DNA of 64,000 bases from a virus (IMGVR_UViG_3300031134_000004:96001-160000); one strand, 5' to 3'. Counted from the first letter of the stretch, positions 38,280 to 48,817 are shown. The notes: a model not told the origin generated them from the letters alone. Made by a program: numbers and translations.

Positions 38280-39413
38280 ATGATGGACATTAATCACGTA
38301 GCCCAAACCTTGTTCGGGAATGTCAACGTTTCACCGATCAAACCACAGGATCGACGGATAGGCCACAGTCCGATCGAGTTTCGAACAACCTACTACAATT
38401 ACTTACCAACCGCAGCAACTGTTGTGTGGCGCAGTGGACTTAAGTGTACCTTGGCACCAGAGCCGAGCTTTGAGACGAACCATTTGGTCATCAGAAATGA
38501 GATCACGATCCAGCACGCAGTAAAACTTGACATACAGCGTGTATTAAGTGCTGTAGCGGATGATGCCAGTCAAGAGATGCGAGCGCTAAGAGATGCGTTC
38601 AAAATCTCGATCCGGCACAACCACTTCAGTAGTGTTACTTTGATTTTAGACTACCATCTGTCGCTGGAACAGCTGAGAGATTATGGCGGGAGCGTGTACT
38701 ATCACGAACTCGACATCGTCGTATCACTGATGAGTTCAGACAAATCTCCCCCGCATCCGTATAGCGCTGCGGGTAGAGATTTATGCCTCGTAGAATCCGC
38801 TCCTAGCAAGATCGGGTTTAACTACGGTATTGAGATCATCGACAACGCAGGCAAGTATGGGGACCGTTACCTAAACATCGGTAACAAAGTCTATCGCGCA
38901 CCGGCCGAGAAAGATAGCACCAAACGTGACGGGGTGTATATCGTGGCGAATGAACCGGTCATCGGGGAAGTCGACATGAGCGAGCGCGAAGTGCAGTACT
39001 ACCCATTTGAAATGGCTGAAGAGCAAGTGGGTTTGTATCGCACACCAGAGGAAGCACTGAACTTAGGTGATTTGTCTCAAGCGAGAAAAGAAGAACTCGT
39101 TCAATTAGAGCATGAACTGCAAATTGGGAAAGCTGAACTTAACAAAGAACGGCAAGAACATGAAGCGGCAATGCTGGACAAACAACGGGCACTTCGAGAG
39201 GCTGAAGTAGAACGTGATCGCCAAGCGCGTGTGATTGAAGAAATGCGTGCTGATCACGAGCACAGACTCAAGCTTGAACGGGAACGTGTCAAGGATTACT
39301 ACGACGACAAATCTTACGAAAGGAAAGACAAAAGTGAAACACTAAAATTCATACCAGCCATTGTTGTCGGTATTGGTGGAGCGCTCATGGCAATTAAGAA
39401 GCTCTTCTTCTAG
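38280..39413 (+). CDS. Conserved protein with C-terminal coiled coil and membrane anchor (phiKZ gp122-like)
   Basis: Synteny upstream of nvRNAP subunit; coiled-coil then hydrophobic IPAIVVGIGGALMAI. Confidence 0.6.
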   Translation: MMDINHVAQTLFGNVNVSPIKPQDRRIGHSPIEFRTTYYNYLPTAATVVWRSGLKCTLAPEPSFETNHLVIRNEITIQHAVKLDIQRVLSAVADDASQEMRALRDAFKISIRHNHFSSVTLILDYHLSLEQLRDYGGSVYYHELDIVVSLMSSDKSPPHPYSAAGRDLCLVESAPSKIGFNYGIEIIDNAGKYGDRYLNIGNKVYRAPAEKDSTKRDGVYIVANEPVIGEVDMSEREVQYYPFEMAEEQVGLYRTPEEALNLGDLSQARKEELVQLEHELQIGKAELNKERQEHEAAMLDKQRALREAEVERDRQARVIEEMRADHEHRLKLERERVKDYYDDKSYERKDKSETLKFIPAIVVGIGGALMAIKKLFF

Positions 39414-39457
39414 TATCACTAGCTGGAATTAACATCTCGAAACAAGGAAACAATAAC

Positions 39458-41065
39458 ATGATGGATGCCTTTATGGGCCCGTTGGTGGACGCCGACACAC
39501 CAGCGCTTAATCCCGACATCGCTAACGGCTTAGCCGTCAAGCACTTCAAGGATGTCGAGAAACATGTACATCTGGTTTTCCAATCGGCAGCGAAAGGCTT
39601 TCCCGAGGGTTTGAAGTACCTCGGGTGCCGTCGTTGTACACCGCCAGAAGAATTGGCCATCGTCACCAAGAAGAAGGGCAGTAAGCGCCTGTATGATGTT
39701 GCACGTTCGGACATCTACATGATGCAATACCTGTTCGAGTACAAGGGTGAGAAGCTCGACCCACGTTACATGTATTTGCCATTCGTTGGTGAAGCAGGTA
39801 GTTTGACGATGGGTGGTAGTCACTTTAACGTATCGCCGCTCTTGACGGACCGCGTGATCTCTGTGGGTGTCTCGAGCATCTTCATCCGGCTCTTGCGTGA
39901 CCGCTTGACGTTTGAGCGTATGAGCCAGCACTACATGATCGATGGTAAGCGTGAGACCGTGCAAGTTGCTTGGTCGCAAATTTACCATAAGAACGCGAAG
40001 ATGAAAAAGCTTCGTCCGACAGTGAAAGCCAATTGCACGCTGATGCACTATCTGCTTTGCAAGTTTGGTTTTGCTGAAACGTTCTTGAAGTTCGGCAATT
40101 GTAAGCCCGTTGTCGGTGGTGCAGAAATCAATAAGAACGTCTATCCAGAAGACGAGTGGGTCATTTGCAGTAGCACGCAAGTCAAACCCAAAGGTTGTGG
40201 TCGTGGCTTTTACGAGCCTACGCAAATTCGCGTTGCTGTGCGTAAGGAAGAACTGACCCCCATGGTGAAAAACATGCTGGGTGGTTTCTTCTACATTGCT
40301 GACCATTTCCCCACGCTGCTCCCGCCTGAGTGGGTGGAATCCAAACGCCAGTGGATGATCCTTTTGGGACACATCATCTTTTCTGGTTCGATCAACGCAG
40401 GTAAGCTGTACGACGACATTGCTGACCACATGACGTCGCTCGATGAGTATTTGGATAGCCTCATCATGGTCAAGCTGCAAGACATTGGCATTCATGTCGA
40501 TGACATCTACCAAGTGTTCGGTATCGTGATCGAGCGCTTTAACGATTGGTTGCTCTCGGCAACTGATAAGGTAGCGAGTATGTACGAGAAAGAACTGTCG
40601 ATCCTGCCGTTCTCCTTGTACGAAATCACGAGTGCAATCTTCAAGCTGTACTTCAAGCTTAAGGCGGCATCCAAGAAAGAACTGACGGCAAAAGAAATCG
40701 TTGCTACGATGAACTTGACGCTGCGTACCGGCTTGATTTTCTCCTTGACCAAAGGCCACGGGGAAGTCTCGACGATTAGCTGCCCAGGGGACAATAAGGC
40801 AACAAAGATCACCTCGCTTTTGGTGCCACAGTCGGCATCGAACCGTCAGAGTAGCCGGAAAGACCGGGCAGTATTGAATGACCCTTCCAAGCGCCTGCAT
40901 GTCTCGGTGGCTGAAGTCGGGGGCTATTCAAACTTGCCTAAGAGTGAACCTTCGGGCCGCTCACGGATTAACCCCCACGTTAAGGTTGATCCCAAAGGTG
41001 TGGTGTTGCGTAATCCTGCGCACATGGAGATGCTCGATAACGTGCAAGAACTTATCAGGCGTTGA
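39458..41065 (+). CDS. Non-virion RNA polymerase beta-like subunit (phiKZ gp123-like)
   Basis: 535 aa; GLKYLGCRRCTPPEE, YMYLPFV, C-terminal PSGRSRINP; syntenic with capsid. Confidence 0.8.
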   Translation: MMDAFMGPLVDADTPALNPDIANGLAVKHFKDVEKHVHLVFQSAAKGFPEGLKYLGCRRCTPPEELAIVTKKKGSKRLYDVARSDIYMMQYLFEYKGEKLDPRYMYLPFVGEAGSLTMGGSHFNVSPLLTDRVISVGVSSIFIRLLRDRLTFERMSQHYMIDGKRETVQVAWSQIYHKNAKMKKLRPTVKANCTLMHYLLCKFGFAETFLKFGNCKPVVGGAEINKNVYPEDEWVICSSTQVKPKGCGRGFYEPTQIRVAVRKEELTPMVKNMLGGFFYIADHFPTLLPPEWVESKRQWMILLGHIIFSGSINAGKLYDDIADHMTSLDEYLDSLIMVKLQDIGIHVDDIYQVFGIVIERFNDWLLSATDKVASMYEKELSILPFSLYEITSAIFKLYFKLKAASKKELTAKEIVATMNLTLRTGLIFSLTKGHGEVSTISCPGDNKATKITSLLVPQSASNRQSSRKDRAVLNDPSKRLHVSVAEVGGYSNLPKSEPSGRSRINPHVKVDPKGVVLRNPAHMEMLDNVQELIRR

Positions 41066-41095
41066 CCTAGCGTAGATTCAATAACGCAACAACCA

Positions 41096-41103
41096 CATAT
41101 TAC
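41096..41103 (+). promoter_or_regulatory. Early-promoter-like motif (CATATTAC)
   Basis: One mismatch, intergenic upstream of 41184. Confidence 0.4.
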
Positions 41104-41183
41104 AAAAGAGCAATGCATTACGTATTGTCACGCAACGACCCGCTAGGGACGCCTAGCGGGAACATAAACAAGGAAAAAATCTC

Positions 41184-43217
41184 ATGAGCTGGAACAACAA
41201 CAATCAACCGAACTTGCCGTACAATGCCACTGGTCCAGAGCGGCAACCGCTGAACCTGAGCCTGGGTAATCCGCCGTACGTGCCGGCAAGCTTCAATGGC
41301 CCACAACCGCTGCAACAGATCCTGCCCTTGATCTGCGCATCGGCTGCCATCGAAATCCAACAGCGTGCGCAGAACAATCCACTGCGTACGTTCATGTTCA
41401 ACCAGTATTCGCGCAACAACTTCAACAATGAGGATTTCGCAGCCCTCATCGAAGCGACGATCGAATACATCATCCTCGAGATGAACAACAATCGCTACAG
41501 TGACGTGGAACGCGCAGCGCAGAACTGCGTACCACAAATGTGCGAGATGCTGTGCGCAATCAATCTGCGGGTCTTCCCAGACCTGGAAGCGTACATCAAC
41601 CAGAACGTCGTCCAGACGCTGCGTAACACGATCAGCAACTTCGACAACATCGCGAACCGCATCAAGCAAGCGCGTTCGGGTAACAGCGGCTGGAACAACG
41701 GCAACAACAATAACAACAACCAAGGTAACAATGGTTGGAACGGTGGTAACAACAACAACGGCAATACCTGGAACAATGGTAATGGCGGTGGTGGTGGTAA
41801 CAACTGGAACAGCAACAGTGGTAACAACAACAGCGGTGGTAGCCAAAACCGCTGGAGCAATACCGGCAGCTGGAGTAGCGGTACAGCCAAGCCAAGCACT
41901 GGCAACACCGGCGCGCTGTTCAATAGCCAGAGCAGCAGCGGCAATGCAGAAGTCAGTGGTAACTTCCGCAGCAAGTACGACGACAAGCAACCACTCAAAC
42001 AACCCTATGAAGCCCGCAAGGAGAATCCCGTGAGCCAGCAACAACAGCAAGAAGAAATGCACGTCCTGGAAGCACCACTGAACTCGGGTGAAATCAAGTG
42101 GGTGCCAAGCAACCGCTACCCGTACGTACCTGCAATCGCCCCGACCGTCGGCGAAATCTGGCTGCGCAAGCATCCAGTTTCCCGCGATAACCCCAACGGC
42201 CTCATCGAGCCGTTCCTCAAAGAAAAGGACACCTCCGTGGACTACGACAAGCACGACACCGGCAGCATCTTCGGCCCACCACCGCGTACGCTCGACATGA
42301 GCAACGCTGCCAAGACCATGGCCAAGATCGAAGAAGGCGTGCGCAAGGTCAACAACACGGTGACGATGTCGGACGACGAAAAGAAAGCACCTGAAGTCAC
42401 GACGCTCGTGAACCAGAAGGTGATGATCGAAACGTCGCTCGAATCGGCCTGGGTTTCCGGTTCGCTCAATCGCCTGACGGCGCCGGCTGGTCAACTGCCT
42501 GACGTGTATCGCACCTACGCACGCATCGCGCTGCCACTGGTGACCCAGGAAGACCTGACCGATGTCATCACGAACTTCGGCCAGTCCAAGACCTACATCG
42601 AGCTGCGCGAAAAGCTGCAAGCGGCGATCGAAGAAAAGAAAGCACCACAACTGTGGGGTACGGTCAACACCCGCCTGACCGACATGATCAACCGCATCCT
42701 GTCGCAAAAGCTGGCACTGCCGGGCGAGAACGGTACGGCTGTGTCGATCGACTCGTTCCTGGGCGATATCGAAGATCTGATTTCGTTCCTGGGCAAGAGC
42801 TACGGTCAGAACGTGCAGCAAGCGTTCCTCAAGCATCAGAAGCAAGAAATCCAGAGCATGTTCATCACCCTGGACGAAAAGCTGACGAAAGACCTGTCGG
42901 ACGGTTACGTGGCGGACATGAAGTTCGACGACGCCAACAAGCCAACCTTCACGTTCCTGGCCAGCGACTATTCGCTCACGTTCCTGGACTGCCTGTCGTA
43001 CGAACTGGACGTGGACATGGTCAAAGGCATCGGCACCCTGATGACGGACGCCGGCACCCCGATCGTGCACAACATGCTCTCGGGTCTGTTTGCTGACATC
43101 GAAGAACGCGGCGGTTCGTTCGAGCGCCACCTGTTCATCACCAACGACGGCCGTACGCTCGAAGCGGTGCGCGGCTACCTGGGCGAGAAAGCCTACATGC
43201 TCACGCTCGTGAAGTAA
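41184..43217 (+). CDS. Conserved phiKZ-like protein with Asn/Gly/Trp low-complexity region
   Basis: 677 aa, strong codon bias, GWNNGNNNNNNQGNNGWN... tract. Confidence 0.8.
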   Translation: MSWNNNNQPNLPYNATGPERQPLNLSLGNPPYVPASFNGPQPLQQILPLICASAAIEIQQRAQNNPLRTFMFNQYSRNNFNNEDFAALIEATIEYIILEMNNNRYSDVERAAQNCVPQMCEMLCAINLRVFPDLEAYINQNVVQTLRNTISNFDNIANRIKQARSGNSGWNNGNNNNNNQGNNGWNGGNNNNGNTWNNGNGGGGGNNWNSNSGNNNSGGSQNRWSNTGSWSSGTAKPSTGNTGALFNSQSSSGNAEVSGNFRSKYDDKQPLKQPYEARKENPVSQQQQQEEMHVLEAPLNSGEIKWVPSNRYPYVPAIAPTVGEIWLRKHPVSRDNPNGLIEPFLKEKDTSVDYDKHDTGSIFGPPPRTLDMSNAAKTMAKIEEGVRKVNNTVTMSDDEKKAPEVTTLVNQKVMIETSLESAWVSGSLNRLTAPAGQLPDVYRTYARIALPLVTQEDLTDVITNFGQSKTYIELREKLQAAIEEKKAPQLWGTVNTRLTDMINRILSQKLALPGENGTAVSIDSFLGDIEDLISFLGKSYGQNVQQAFLKHQKQEIQSMFITLDEKLTKDLSDGYVADMKFDDANKPTFTFLASDYSLTFLDCLSYELDVDMVKGIGTLMTDAGTPIVHNMLSGLFADIEERGGSFERHLFITNDGRTLEAVRGYLGEKAYMLTLVK

Positions 43218-43277
43218 TCTTACCTTGCATGCCTGCTGGAGTTATTCTAGCAGGCGTGTATGACCTAGGAGAACAAC

Positions 43278-43793
43278 ATGGGTTTTCAGTTATCAATCGG
43301 TAATGCGCAGGCGGACTTTGACGATCCACGTAAGTATGTCAAGCAAGGCGAGGTTGCTGGTCAGTACGATATCTTCTTGTACGTACCAAACATCACGCAC
43401 TGGAATGCACCGTCGTTTCCTAACGCGGTTAGTTCGGCGCGCACGAACCAGATGTCGAGAAGTTATTCGTCGTTTGGTCAGTTCTGTGATATGACGGGAT
43501 TGGGTGAGGTGCTTGATAAACACGCTGGTGGCGAAATGGATCATCCTGACGCCATTGTCATTACGCCGATGCTCATTCAAGACGTGGCGGCAGTACGTTT
43601 TCGTTGGGAGCATTCTCGTCCTGCGAAAAAGCCTGCTGGTTATTGGAATGAAGTGTGGGAACCGAACACGCGTCAGTACATTGACCAAGATGGCGAAAAG
43701 TACGATTACACGTTGGCTGATCTTCTTTGGTTTGAAGGTTGGCTTAACTGGGCGTACCGTAACGTTCCTTACCCTTGCTTTAGGAATTCCTGA
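43278..43793 (+). CDS. Hypothetical protein
   Basis: 171 aa, AGGAG RBS. Confidence 0.7.
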   Translation: MGFQLSIGNAQADFDDPRKYVKQGEVAGQYDIFLYVPNITHWNAPSFPNAVSSARTNQMSRSYSSFGQFCDMTGLGEVLDKHAGGEMDHPDAIVITPMLIQDVAAVRFRWEHSRPAKKPAGYWNEVWEPNTRQYIDQDGEKYDYTLADLLWFEGWLNWAYRNVPYPCFRNS

Positions 43794-43794
43794 C

Positions 43795-44268
43795 ATGGAA
43801 AAAAATCCCTTTGAAGGCTTGCGCATTGCGGTGGCAGGCGAGAATTCGATGGCGCGCGAATACGCCACGAGTTTGATTGCCGACACGCTTTCGATGAATC
43901 ACTTCACGAACGTCAAGGTGCTCAATCCAGCAGCCATGGTGGTGCAGCACGGCACGACGCGTTCGTTGTATGATGTGGTCAAAGAACACGCTGCCCATAT
44001 CTTCAACGAGCCAGTGGAAATCCAAGGCAGCTTCGCATCGTTTGAGGACAAGAATATCGACGGTGCGTTCGGTCCTGAACCTGTGGGGCGTTTCCAATGG
44101 TCCAATGCTGACAAGCTCTGGGTCCAAACACCTGACGATGATCCGAAAGGTATCACGCTGTACGTGGCTGAAAAAGACGGCGAACGTGCACGCGAATTAT
44201 CAGGTCAGAAAGCGCTCGGTGTAATGACAGAATACCCGAACACCGGCAAGCGCACCATCGAAGCTTAA
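43795..44268 (+). CDS. Degenerate P-loop-like paralog family member
   Basis: LRIAVAGENSMARE...FTNV...SLYDVV pattern; start at ATG 43795. Confidence 0.65.
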   Translation: MEKNPFEGLRIAVAGENSMAREYATSLIADTLSMNHFTNVKVLNPAAMVVQHGTTRSLYDVVKEHAAHIFNEPVEIQGSFASFEDKNIDGAFGPEPVGRFQWSNADKLWVQTPDDDPKGITLYVAEKDGERARELSGQKALGVMTEYPNTGKRTIEA

Positions 44269-44320
44269 ACCTTCATGCCTGCTGGGAAACCGGCAGGCTA
44301 TATGCCATTAAGGAGAAGTT

Positions 44321-44767
44321 ATGGCACGCACTGCCAATGTGAGTGTTCAGTACACAGAGTCCCATCCAATTGGTTCGGGGATCTATACGTTGCTGACGGA
44401 AATGCTCAAGTCGTACAAACCGATGGAAAAGCACAGCATCGTGAGTGTGGAAGTTGTCGAGACGTATATCGAGAACGACGACACGGAAAGTCCTCGGATC
44501 AATGCAACACAAATTACGTGGGATGATTCGCAAGGATCGCCTTATAGCAAAGTTGCGGTGTTGGTCTTTGAAGCAGACCGCACTGCCCAGTATCGTGAAC
44601 CGAAGTTTGTGGTGCGTTACGCTGACTCAGTGTTTTCGCACGATGAACCTCGTACGAGCGACATTCATTACTACGTCAAAAGCATGGGTAATGCGTTGGT
44701 GGAGATTTGCAATGTCTTCCTCAACACTCACCCCATGATTCCCCGTTCCCGCAAGTTCCCCCAATAA
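44321..44767 (+). CDS. Hypothetical protein
   Basis: 148 aa, AAGGAG RBS. Confidence 0.7.
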   Translation: MARTANVSVQYTESHPIGSGIYTLLTEMLKSYKPMEKHSIVSVEVVETYIENDDTESPRINATQITWDDSQGSPYSKVAVLVFEADRTAQYREPKFVVRYADSVFSHDEPRTSDIHYYVKSMGNALVEICNVFLNTHPMIPRSRKFPQ

Positions 44768-44779
44768 GGAGTAACAAAC

Positions 44780-45226
44780 ATGAGTACCAAAGACAAAAAA
44801 CTGAGCGTTACCATTAACCTGGCCGGCACGAGCAATACGGGCAAGACCCTGCTCGCTGCAAAACTGAGCGCCTTCTTCAAGAGCCTCGGTATCATCGAGA
44901 CCAAGGTGCATGACGAAGAAATCCATCCGGAAGACTTCGGCGAACTGTGCATCCAAGCACCGACGACGTCGTTCGATTACGCAGCGCAAGACACCAGCGT
45001 TGACATCAGCGTCTCGCCGATCTACCACCCAATCGACACCAGCGACGAGCCAGCTGCGCAGCGTCACATGCTCGAAGCGAACCTGTCGGCCGAACAGCTC
45101 GAAGCGCGTTTCAGCAAGTCGTACCAGCACCCGCAACATCCACGCACTGCCTGGTTGGCTGAAATCCACGAACGTCGCATCACTGACGGCTACTGGGTGT
45201 GGCTCAAGCGTCAACTGGCAAAGTAA
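44780..45226 (+). CDS. P-loop-like paralog family member
   Basis: TINLAGTSNTGKTLL Walker-A-like motif. Confidence 0.7.
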   Translation: MSTKDKKLSVTINLAGTSNTGKTLLAAKLSAFFKSLGIIETKVHDEEIHPEDFGELCIQAPTTSFDYAAQDTSVDISVSPIYHPIDTSDEPAAQRHMLEANLSAEQLEARFSKSYQHPQHPRTAWLAEIHERRITDGYWVWLKRQLAK

Positions 45227-45324
45227 TTTCTTGTCAGAAAGAAAACATCTTTTTACTGGCCTAGCTAGTTCTATGTAGCACATTTTCAACGTAGTCCACT
45301 ACACTTAAACAAGGAAAAAGTATC

Positions 45325-45642
45325 ATGGCACAAGGCACTTTGCACATCGAAATCACCGGCGACCAAGACTCGGGCAAGACCCTCATCGGGAACATCATCC
45401 ACGATGCGCTGGAAAAGAACGGCTTTAAGAACGTGACCCAAATCGCCGACACGGGCGAACCGGTTGCTCGCATCGACAATACCCCATCGGTTCTGGACCT
45501 GGTGCGCGAATCGCGCCCTGACATGTTCGACACGCCCGTGACCATCTCCGAGACGACCTGGAGCGGCGACGACGACATCAACGTTGTTACCGACACCGGT
45601 CTGGAAGACCTCGAGACCGAAGCGAACGCAGCGCTGGGCTAA
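45325..45642 (+). CDS. P-loop-like paralog family member
   Basis: IEITGDQDSGKTLI Walker-A-like motif; LDLVRESRPDMFDTPV. Confidence 0.7.
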   Translation: MAQGTLHIEITGDQDSGKTLIGNIIHDALEKNGFKNVTQIADTGEPVARIDNTPSVLDLVRESRPDMFDTPVTISETTWSGDDDINVVTDTGLEDLETEANAALG

Positions 45643-45854
45643 TATAGCAGCGGCATAAACGACAGGAAGGCTTTGCGCTTTCCTGTCTTTCTTTTTTTCT
45701 TGGAGATTACCATGCCACTTGCTCGTGTGCAGCGAATTGAACTTGAGTTCGCCGAATCAGAGAAGTGTCCACCCTTACCTGCTAAACCATCGAAGCATCA
45801 ACCCAAAGCCATAGCGCAGTTGGGTGAAAGTGCGCAGCGTAAGAAACAAATGGC

Positions 45855-46313
45855 GTGGCGCTTCTTAATGGCTCAAAGGGGGATACGGTGAGTATGAAGC
45901 ATGGCATACCGCATTTCGATCATTCAAAGGACATCGCAATGAGTCTGAAAAATGTCTGTGTTGCATTGTCGGCCTTTGCACAGCCAACCAATAGCGACAA
46001 TCCGATTCCTCTTAACAGAACCGCGCCTGAACCGGAGAGTCGTAACTTGTTGGGTCCGCTCTTTTGGAACGTGGTATTGCAACGCAATATCTCGGATGAG
46101 CAACTCAAGAAGATGCTGCGCAACTACGAGCAAGTGCTGCGCAATCGGGGTGTGGGAACACGCCACCGTAATCTGGATGGGGATATTTACAATCAATTAA
46201 AACGCGGCGATATGACGTGGAAGATCTTTTGCATGGGGCTTGAAGCCATTGGTGCAGAACTCATCGATGTGCAGCTTGGCGTTAGTTTTAAGGAGGCAGT
46301 TAATGTCGGATAA
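45855..46313 (+). CDS. Hypothetical protein (paralog of 61474..62016 C-terminus; start uncertain)
   Basis: LLGPLFWNVV...MTWKIFCMGLEAIGA. Confidence 0.65.
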   Translation: MALLNGSKGDTVSMKHGIPHFDHSKDIAMSLKNVCVALSAFAQPTNSDNPIPLNRTAPEPESRNLLGPLFWNVVLQRNISDEQLKKMLRNYEQVLRNRGVGTRHRNLDGDIYNQLKRGDMTWKIFCMGLEAIGAELIDVQLGVSFKEAVNVG

Positions 46314-46923
46314 GAAAATCGCGGTGACGGTCTCAGGCGGTGACCTTGTCGAAAATGAATTGGTGGCGATTTCAATTCACCACCACCTAACGCACGGTGG
46401 CTGGGGTAACGTGACGGTGGAAGACCCAGCTGGTCAACCTACCAAAGAAGCCTTGGAAGGCATTACGCTGTACGACATGGTGGATCGTCTGCGGCCTGAA
46501 CTCTTTGACACGAGTATCGTCGTTAAAGGGTCGTTGCCACAAAGCTTCCCAGACCAACCGATTGTGACCGATTCCCACGGCACCGAGCGGTATAAGACGA
46601 ACGAAGTGGTTCGTTACCTGCTCGATGAAGGTCCGTTTGACATGAACCATCTGGCACGTATTCCTTTCCCACTGGAAGACCGTCAGCAGTTCGCGCAAAT
46701 GATCGGTTACAGTACCGGCGGTTACGATACGCTGAGTTACTCGCCAGCCTCGCTCGCTGCAGAAGCGAGTGAACGGGCGCGCGATGAAGTCGAGCGTGTC
46801 AAGAACCATGGCGCGGCGTCCATGTCGCACACGGAAGTCGAAGCGCGCGACTACGACCCGGTTGACAACAAAACCTTCGCTGTGGAAGTTGAACAGCCCA
46901 GCACGGACAATACGTCCAATTAA
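46303..46923 (+). CDS. Degenerate P-loop-like paralog family member
   Basis: AAGGAGG RBS; IAVTVSGGDLVENE...LYDMVDRLRPELFDTSI. Confidence 0.7.
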   Translation: MSDKKIAVTVSGGDLVENELVAISIHHHLTHGGWGNVTVEDPAGQPTKEALEGITLYDMVDRLRPELFDTSIVVKGSLPQSFPDQPIVTDSHGTERYKTNEVVRYLLDEGPFDMNHLARIPFPLEDRQQFAQMIGYSTGGYDTLSYSPASLAAEASERARDEVERVKNHGAASMSHTEVEARDYDPVDNKTFAVEVEQPSTDNTSN

Positions 46924-46932
46924 GGAGAAACG

Positions 46933-48075
46933 ATGAACAATGGAACAGATATCCGCGTTCAAGTCACGGGTGGCGATTCTTGGAAAGAACGCGAACTCGT
47001 GGCAGACACGATCGCTGTTGCAATGCAGGATCGCGGTTTCAATCAAGTCACTGCGCTCAATAGCATGGGCGGTGAGAGTGAGTTGTATGGTGTTAAACCA
47101 CGCACGGTGTGGGAAGCGGTCAATGTCGTAGCATCCAGTTTGGTCAATCGCACTATCACGGTCGATCCTGGTCTTGACAGTAAGCATCCTGGGTTGGCAA
47201 AAGACTTCGGCTTTGGTGGTCACTGGCAGCATCTGGCTAACACTGGTATGTCGGTGTACAATCCGGACGAGCAAGGTCATCCTGAATCGGAGCCAGCCCA
47301 GTTCGATAACACCACGGTGATGGTTCGTTCGGGTGAACACTCGGCCATCATGGACCTGCGAAACCGCAACAGTCCAGAAGGCACAATCAACGGCTGCCGG
47401 GAAATGGGTATTGAAGCTACGCATGTCGGCATTCGTGCAAGCGACATGGATAACGCGGTCGCGGCTGTTGCGCAAGCACTGCGCGCAGCGCCGGGTGCTT
47501 ACGTGACGGTATCGGTGCGTGAACCGAATAGTAATCGTGGCGGCGAACCACCGGAGCAGTTGTACTTTAACGATCCGGCACCAAAAACGATCCATCCATT
47601 CCAAGTGCAAGAGTTGCCTGGTCGTGGCTTCCGTCCCTTTACCGAAACGTTCGACCGCTCGATGGTGTTGCAAGACAATCCGGGTTCGTTCTTGCTCGAC
47701 GATGTCGTTGAGACCGATCCGAACCACAGTAAGATCGTGGAGATGGTCAAGCAGCGGATCGAGAACACCTTGCAAGACTCGGAAAAGTCGCTTGCAAATG
47801 CACGCGAACACCTCGCTGCAGCACAGCACTCAATCGACCAAGTCGAGAAACTCGAAGCACCTGGTCTTAAAGACCAAGTCACGCAAATGGTGAAAACCAA
47901 TCTGCAGGCTTCGGGCGGCTACGACAACCTGTCCGATAAAGCGGTCGAAGAACTGGCTGCTGTCGCCGTCGGCAAAGGTTTCCAGAACGCAAAGAGCAAG
48001 CTGGCTGTGCAAAATGGCGGCTACACACCACCCACCGAGGACGAACCGAAGACCGGTCGTCGTAACAAGAAGTAA
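46933..48075 (+). CDS. Degenerate P-loop-like paralog with C-terminal coiled coil
   Basis: IRVQVTGGDSWKERELVAD...GFNQV. Confidence 0.75.
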   Translation: MNNGTDIRVQVTGGDSWKERELVADTIAVAMQDRGFNQVTALNSMGGESELYGVKPRTVWEAVNVVASSLVNRTITVDPGLDSKHPGLAKDFGFGGHWQHLANTGMSVYNPDEQGHPESEPAQFDNTTVMVRSGEHSAIMDLRNRNSPEGTINGCREMGIEATHVGIRASDMDNAVAAVAQALRAAPGAYVTVSVREPNSNRGGEPPEQLYFNDPAPKTIHPFQVQELPGRGFRPFTETFDRSMVLQDNPGSFLLDDVVETDPNHSKIVEMVKQRIENTLQDSEKSLANAREHLAAAQHSIDQVEKLEAPGLKDQVTQMVKTNLQASGGYDNLSDKAVEELAAVAVGKGFQNAKSKLAVQNGGYTPPTEDEPKTGRRNKK

Positions 48076-48104
48076 TAACCATCCACAACTAGAAAGGAAA
48101 CACC

Positions 48105-48755
48105 ATGTTTAACCAAAACGCCACTTACAACCCAAGCCCGAACCACAACCACACCGAGTTCAACAGCGACCTGAACATCCACGTTACCGGCGGCGACCGT
48201 GTCGAACGTGAACTGCTGGTCGATGCTGTCTCGAGCGCCCTGAAGAAACGCGGCCTGGAAGGCGTCAAAGCCATCGGTCCACACGGCTGGGCTACCGGGC
48301 ACGAAAACGTGCAGCCGAAAACCATCCTGGATCACGTCGAAAAGCTCCGTCCTGACCTGATGAACAAGAACATCGCTGTGACCTCGCAGCAAGACAAGTT
48401 CGCAATGCACGCCGGCTTGTCGCCAATGCCAGTCAAGTTCAGCGCAAGTAATGCTGACGGCAAGAGCATCAGCAGCTCGAGCGGCACCGCCAAACAGTTC
48501 CTGGCTGAAGCAAGTGAAATGGGCGTGTCGGAAAAGATCACCGTCTCGGGCACCTACCAAGACTCGCTGATTCGTGCAGCCCAAGAAATCCTGCACGCAC
48601 AACCGGCCACGGAAGTCACACTCAAGATGGAACTGCAACCGTGGCAAGTTCGTCAAAACAACGACGCCTACTACGCACCGCCGTTCGAACCAGGCAAGGT
48701 CGTCAGCACGCTCGATCCAGCCGGCATCCCACTGCCAGCTTCGCAACCGTTCTAA
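48105..48755 (+). CDS. Degenerate P-loop-like paralog family member
   Basis: LNIHVTGGDRVERELLVD...ILDHVEKLRPDLMNKNI. Confidence 0.75.
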   Translation: MFNQNATYNPSPNHNHTEFNSDLNIHVTGGDRVERELLVDAVSSALKKRGLEGVKAIGPHGWATGHENVQPKTILDHVEKLRPDLMNKNIAVTSQQDKFAMHAGLSPMPVKFSASNADGKSISSSSGTAKQFLAEASEMGVSEKITVSGTYQDSLIRAAQEILHAQPATEVTLKMELQPWQVRQNNDAYYAPPFEPGKVVSTLDPAGIPLPASQPF

Positions 48756-48817
48756 GTCGCAGCTGGTAAGTTCTAACGCGGCATAAGGGCCAGAGGGGAG
48801 TTACCCCCTCTGGCTCT

